A DNA stretch of 64,000 nt from Vicugna vicugna (lineage: Eukaryota), in the NCBI GenBank assembly GCA_013265495.1, contig MU058714.1, forward strand, positions 1,178,001 through 1,242,000, written 5' to 3'. Positions within the stretch are counted from its first letter, which is position 1. The number at the start of each line of letters is the position of its first letter. Below the pieces are notes generated by a model that saw nothing but the letters and a program-made list of their open reading frames with translations, was not told where the DNA came from and did not search any database. The position numbers and the translations under genes were made by a program. Of the stretch, positions 60,641 to 64,000 are shown piece by piece.

Positions 60641-63199
60641 CCCAGCTCCGTCACCCCTGTCTTTAAAGACCCCCACGGCTTCAGTGTACACAGAACAGAG
60701 CCCAGACCCTGCGCTGGTCGCCACGGGCCTCTGCCCTCCACCCCACACTCAAACTGCACGAGGTGGGGGGGGCCACCGGGCCAGATGTCAGCACGGTTTC
60801 CCCAGGGAAGCGACGGGGACACAGAGATGGTAGGTGGAGGTGGCCTTGACCCGGCAAGAGAAGGGGCAGTGAGTCCAGCCATCCAGAGGTCAGTGGACCC
60901 CCTCCGAGGGCTCAAGGCCAGGACGCAGGACAGACAGCAGGCCAGGCTGCATTCTGGGTCCTGGGGTGGCCCCCACACCCTCCACTTCCTCAGCAGCCCC
61001 CTTCACTGTCCTGGGCTGGACCCCTCATCGCGGGCCCAGGCTCAGCCTGCACCCTCTTCCTGACCCCATCAGGGCCCTAGCCACACCCTGGTCCCCAGCA
61101 CTTCCTATGGAGCCCCAGACCCCAGTGGCCACCCAGCCCTGGCCCTTCCCCTGGGTGAACTTGAGCATCTCAACCCAAACCCGGCGTGGAGTCTGTGACC
61201 CCCTCCAGACAAACCTGCTCCCTGGGCCCTTCCCACCCCTCCCCAGAGGGAGACCCCAGCTGCTCCCGGATTCCTCTTGCCCCTTCCCCATGTCCAGCCC
61301 CACCCAGGCCACTGACCCCCCACCCCACGCCATGGCCAGGCCCTGCCTGACCTCCTCAGGGGTCTGCAGCCTATGAGGCTCATCACACTTGGGGTCACCA
61401 GCAGGTCTGGGCGGGGCCTTGACCGGGCATCTGAGGACATCCCGGCACCAGCGCCCCCACCCCTAAAGCCCGCCCAGTGATGCAATAGGATCTCGGGCAG
61501 GAAGGAGTTGTGCAACCCGGGCGGGTGCTCTCTGGGTTACAAGGCCGAGGCCAGTGGCCAGCGTGAAAGGCGGAGGTCCAAGCGCCCAGGCCACCAGGGC
61601 CAAGGTCCGGCGCAGCCCAAGCGGCCCAGCATTTGCCCCTCATACCCCCTGGCCTCCAGCTGGAGCGAGGAGCAGGATTCTGGGGCTTCCAGGGCAGGAG
61701 GCAAGCACAGCTCCGGGGCGACCACGATCCCACCTGCCAGCCAGGAGGCAGAGCCAGCGCTGGGGGGCCTGGGCACTTCTTGGTGGAGGTTTGCCCGAGG
61801 GCCCAGGACCCACATGTGAGGAGCAGAACCCTCCAGCAGGGATGCAGCCACCCTCTGCCCGGTGGGGGGAGGGACGCAGGTTACGGCACACATGTGGCGC
61901 CTCCCAGGCAGGACCCAGGCCCACCCGTGTCCTCCTCCCCCAGATCCCTGAGCTCAGATGGAGACAGAAACCAGAGACCTGACTGCTCAGACGCACTGGC
62001 CCCTAGGCCCCAGCACGCCCGCCTCCCCGAGGGGTCCGACGGCTACGTGGCCGTCTGCCAGCTTCAGTGTCGAAGCCCAATTCACACGCGAACAAGCCTC
62101 TGGGAGGCACCACCCCCTCAGGTCCCCTGGGTCACGAGGGTCATGGCAGCTGCCAACACGGGAGGGTTCTTTCCCAGGCCCCGGACCACAGAGCCTCAGA
62201 GGGTGGCTGGACAGTCAACGTGGCTGGTGTCAGCCGCCCACAGGGGTCAGGAGCCATGACGTCACCCAGAGTCCTAGATGGGGGCCCACGGGGCCGGGGA
62301 ACGGGGGAGGGAACACATACACACGTCCCCACGTCCTCGCACACGTGCACACAGATGCTGTCACGTTTCTGCGTGGGCGCACACTGCCTCCTCCGCCCTC
62401 ACCTGTGCTCGGACCCCCACGCCCAAGCTCGCACTCACACACTGACACACGCACCCACAGGCTCCCAGCAATCACACACACGCCGCACCCACTCACAGGC
62501 ACACACCTCTTACACCAGGAGACGCGTCCTCACACGTGCTTCCTGAGGCACGTGCTCACAGTTCGGGGGCGGACACTTCTGGGGCCAGCAATGGATATGA
62601 ACACACTGGAACCTCAGCGCCGTGAGTGACATCCCTTCTGCCAGCCTGTGACACAGCTGGCCCAGCTGATCACCACCACCACCAGAGGCCGCTCCACTCT
62701 CCCAGACGCCCTGGGACCCACCCCAAGGCCAGCCCTCGGGCAAGGTGGGCACCCAGGATGCCCTCGACCCGCCCCCCCAAACGACCAAGAAGCCCACAGC
62801 AGGGGCAGCTCAGCGGGGTCTGGGTGAGAACTGGGCACACGGCACCAGGGCCCCGCCTCTCTGTTCCTGGGGCTGCTCCCACCGAGACGTCCCCCAGCAC
62901 AAACACCCTCCCATGTGGCCCCCACCCTCCATTTGCTGGTCCCTCCACCATGTGCACATCCTTCGGCTCCCAACCTCCCCAGGGGCCTGAGGGGTGGCCC
63001 CTCAGGAGGCCAGGGCCTGCCCATCTTGTTCACCTGGGGACCCTGCCCTGACACCTGCGGAGCACGGGGCTGTCCCGAGGATCCTGAATGAGTCCCTCTC
63101 CCAAGCATAGGGGGGTGGGGTGCGGCAGGGGAGCAGCTGGGCAGAGGCTGGAGGCGGCCAGGCTCGGACTCACCCAGGAGGAAACCTACAGGTGGCCAG

Positions 63200-64000
63200 C
63201 CAGACCCAGGGAGCCCCGCAGGAAGGCACCGCGCCGCGGTCAGCTCAGACAGGACTGGCGGGGCCGCCCGTCAAAGGAGGAAGAACAGAACAGAGTCCGG
63301 CGCGCCGGCCGCGCTCCAGCACCAGCTGCTAGGGGACAGGCCGGCAGCCCGAGCCCAGGGCCTCCCGCCGTCCTGGCCTCCAGCGCTCTGCCTGGACCCC
63401 GCTGGGGGCAGAGATGGCGGTGAGGCGGGCCGGGGGAGCTGGGCCGCAGGGGCAGCGGCCAGGCAGGGGCAGCTTCAGGCATGCACAGGACTGCGGGGGG
63501 CCGGGCAGAAGGAGCCCCGACCCTGCCCCCGCCGCCCTGAGCAGGCCCCACCCAGAAGCCGCCCCCAGGGCTGAGTGGCCCCCAGAGGCAGCGGGACCAC
63601 TCCTTTGAGTCACTCATCCCCAGGGGCCAGAACGTGCGCCCGGGGGTGCCTGCCTCACACCAGCAGGGCTCCAGGCAGCTTCCTGGGATTAACAGGACGG
63701 CCTTCACCCACGTGCGCTGGTAAACGTTAACATCACCTCTCCGGACCAAAGAGAAGGAAGGAGCGGTTTCTACGCGTAGCCTCTGCCGGCTCCTGTGGTG
63801 CAAATCCTGTCACAGAAGCCCGTCTCCGCCACCAGCCCGACACCACCGAGCACGGACCGGGAAAGACGCGCGCCCGCGGCACCCGCGAGCCCCGCGCCCC
63901 GGGCCCCGGTCCGGCGAGCCGGCTGAGACGGGCACACCCGGCCCGACGCGCGCCCCCGACCGAGGCTCGGTCCCCGGATGTGTAAGTAGCACCCACAGCT
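63200..64000. promoter_or_regulatory. CpG-island-like region in AATK intron 1, probably continuing beyond the window
   Basis: Dense CG runs such as gacgcgcgcccgcggcacccgcgagccccgcgcccc; obs/exp ratio not computed. Confidence 0.55.

Noticed and set aside
62257-62264. Perfect CRE TGACGTCA in AATK intron 1
   Set aside because: Isolated 8-mer near chance expectation in 64 kb, with no supporting context.
1-64000. CRISPR arrays, prokaryotic operons, rRNA/tRNA genes or a new multi-gene system
   Set aside because: None seen; the window is explained by two spliced eukaryotic genes, one bidirectional miRNA hairpin and intronic DNA.

Overview
GC-rich mammalian genomic DNA containing the known convergent gene pair BAIAP2 (IRSp53, + strand) and AATK (LMTK1/AATYK, - strand). 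A vic-1-like tRNA-derived SINE suggests a camelid (inference). BAIAP2 coding exons 4-13 and three alternative C-terminal exons (S: ...SGSGTLVSTV, T: ...SADVEVARF, M: ...RNPF...SAPLLS) are present; exons 1-3 lie upstream of the window. AATK exons 2-14 are present; exon 1 lies beyond the right end. All annotated internal junctions are GT-AG and in phase. The sense/antisense hairpin miR-338/miR-3065 sits in AATK intron 7. There is a 70-nt N gap, plus old L1, MIR and MER58-like relics. I found no new protein-coding system; the other ORFs in the track look like GC-rich noise. The best leads are regulatory inferences: (1) a perfect RFX X-box beside a strong donor that could make a non-coding first exon for the TM-less LMTK1A isoform; (2) a tail-to-tail 3' overlap where AATK carries seed matches to its own intronic miRNAs, one on the same bases as the BAIAP2 poly(A) signal; (3) a shifted acceptor that could give an IRSp53-L-like tail; (4) a palindromic bidirectional poly(A) signal. 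Exon numbers and human comparisons come from recalled human orthologs, not from alignments I could run.
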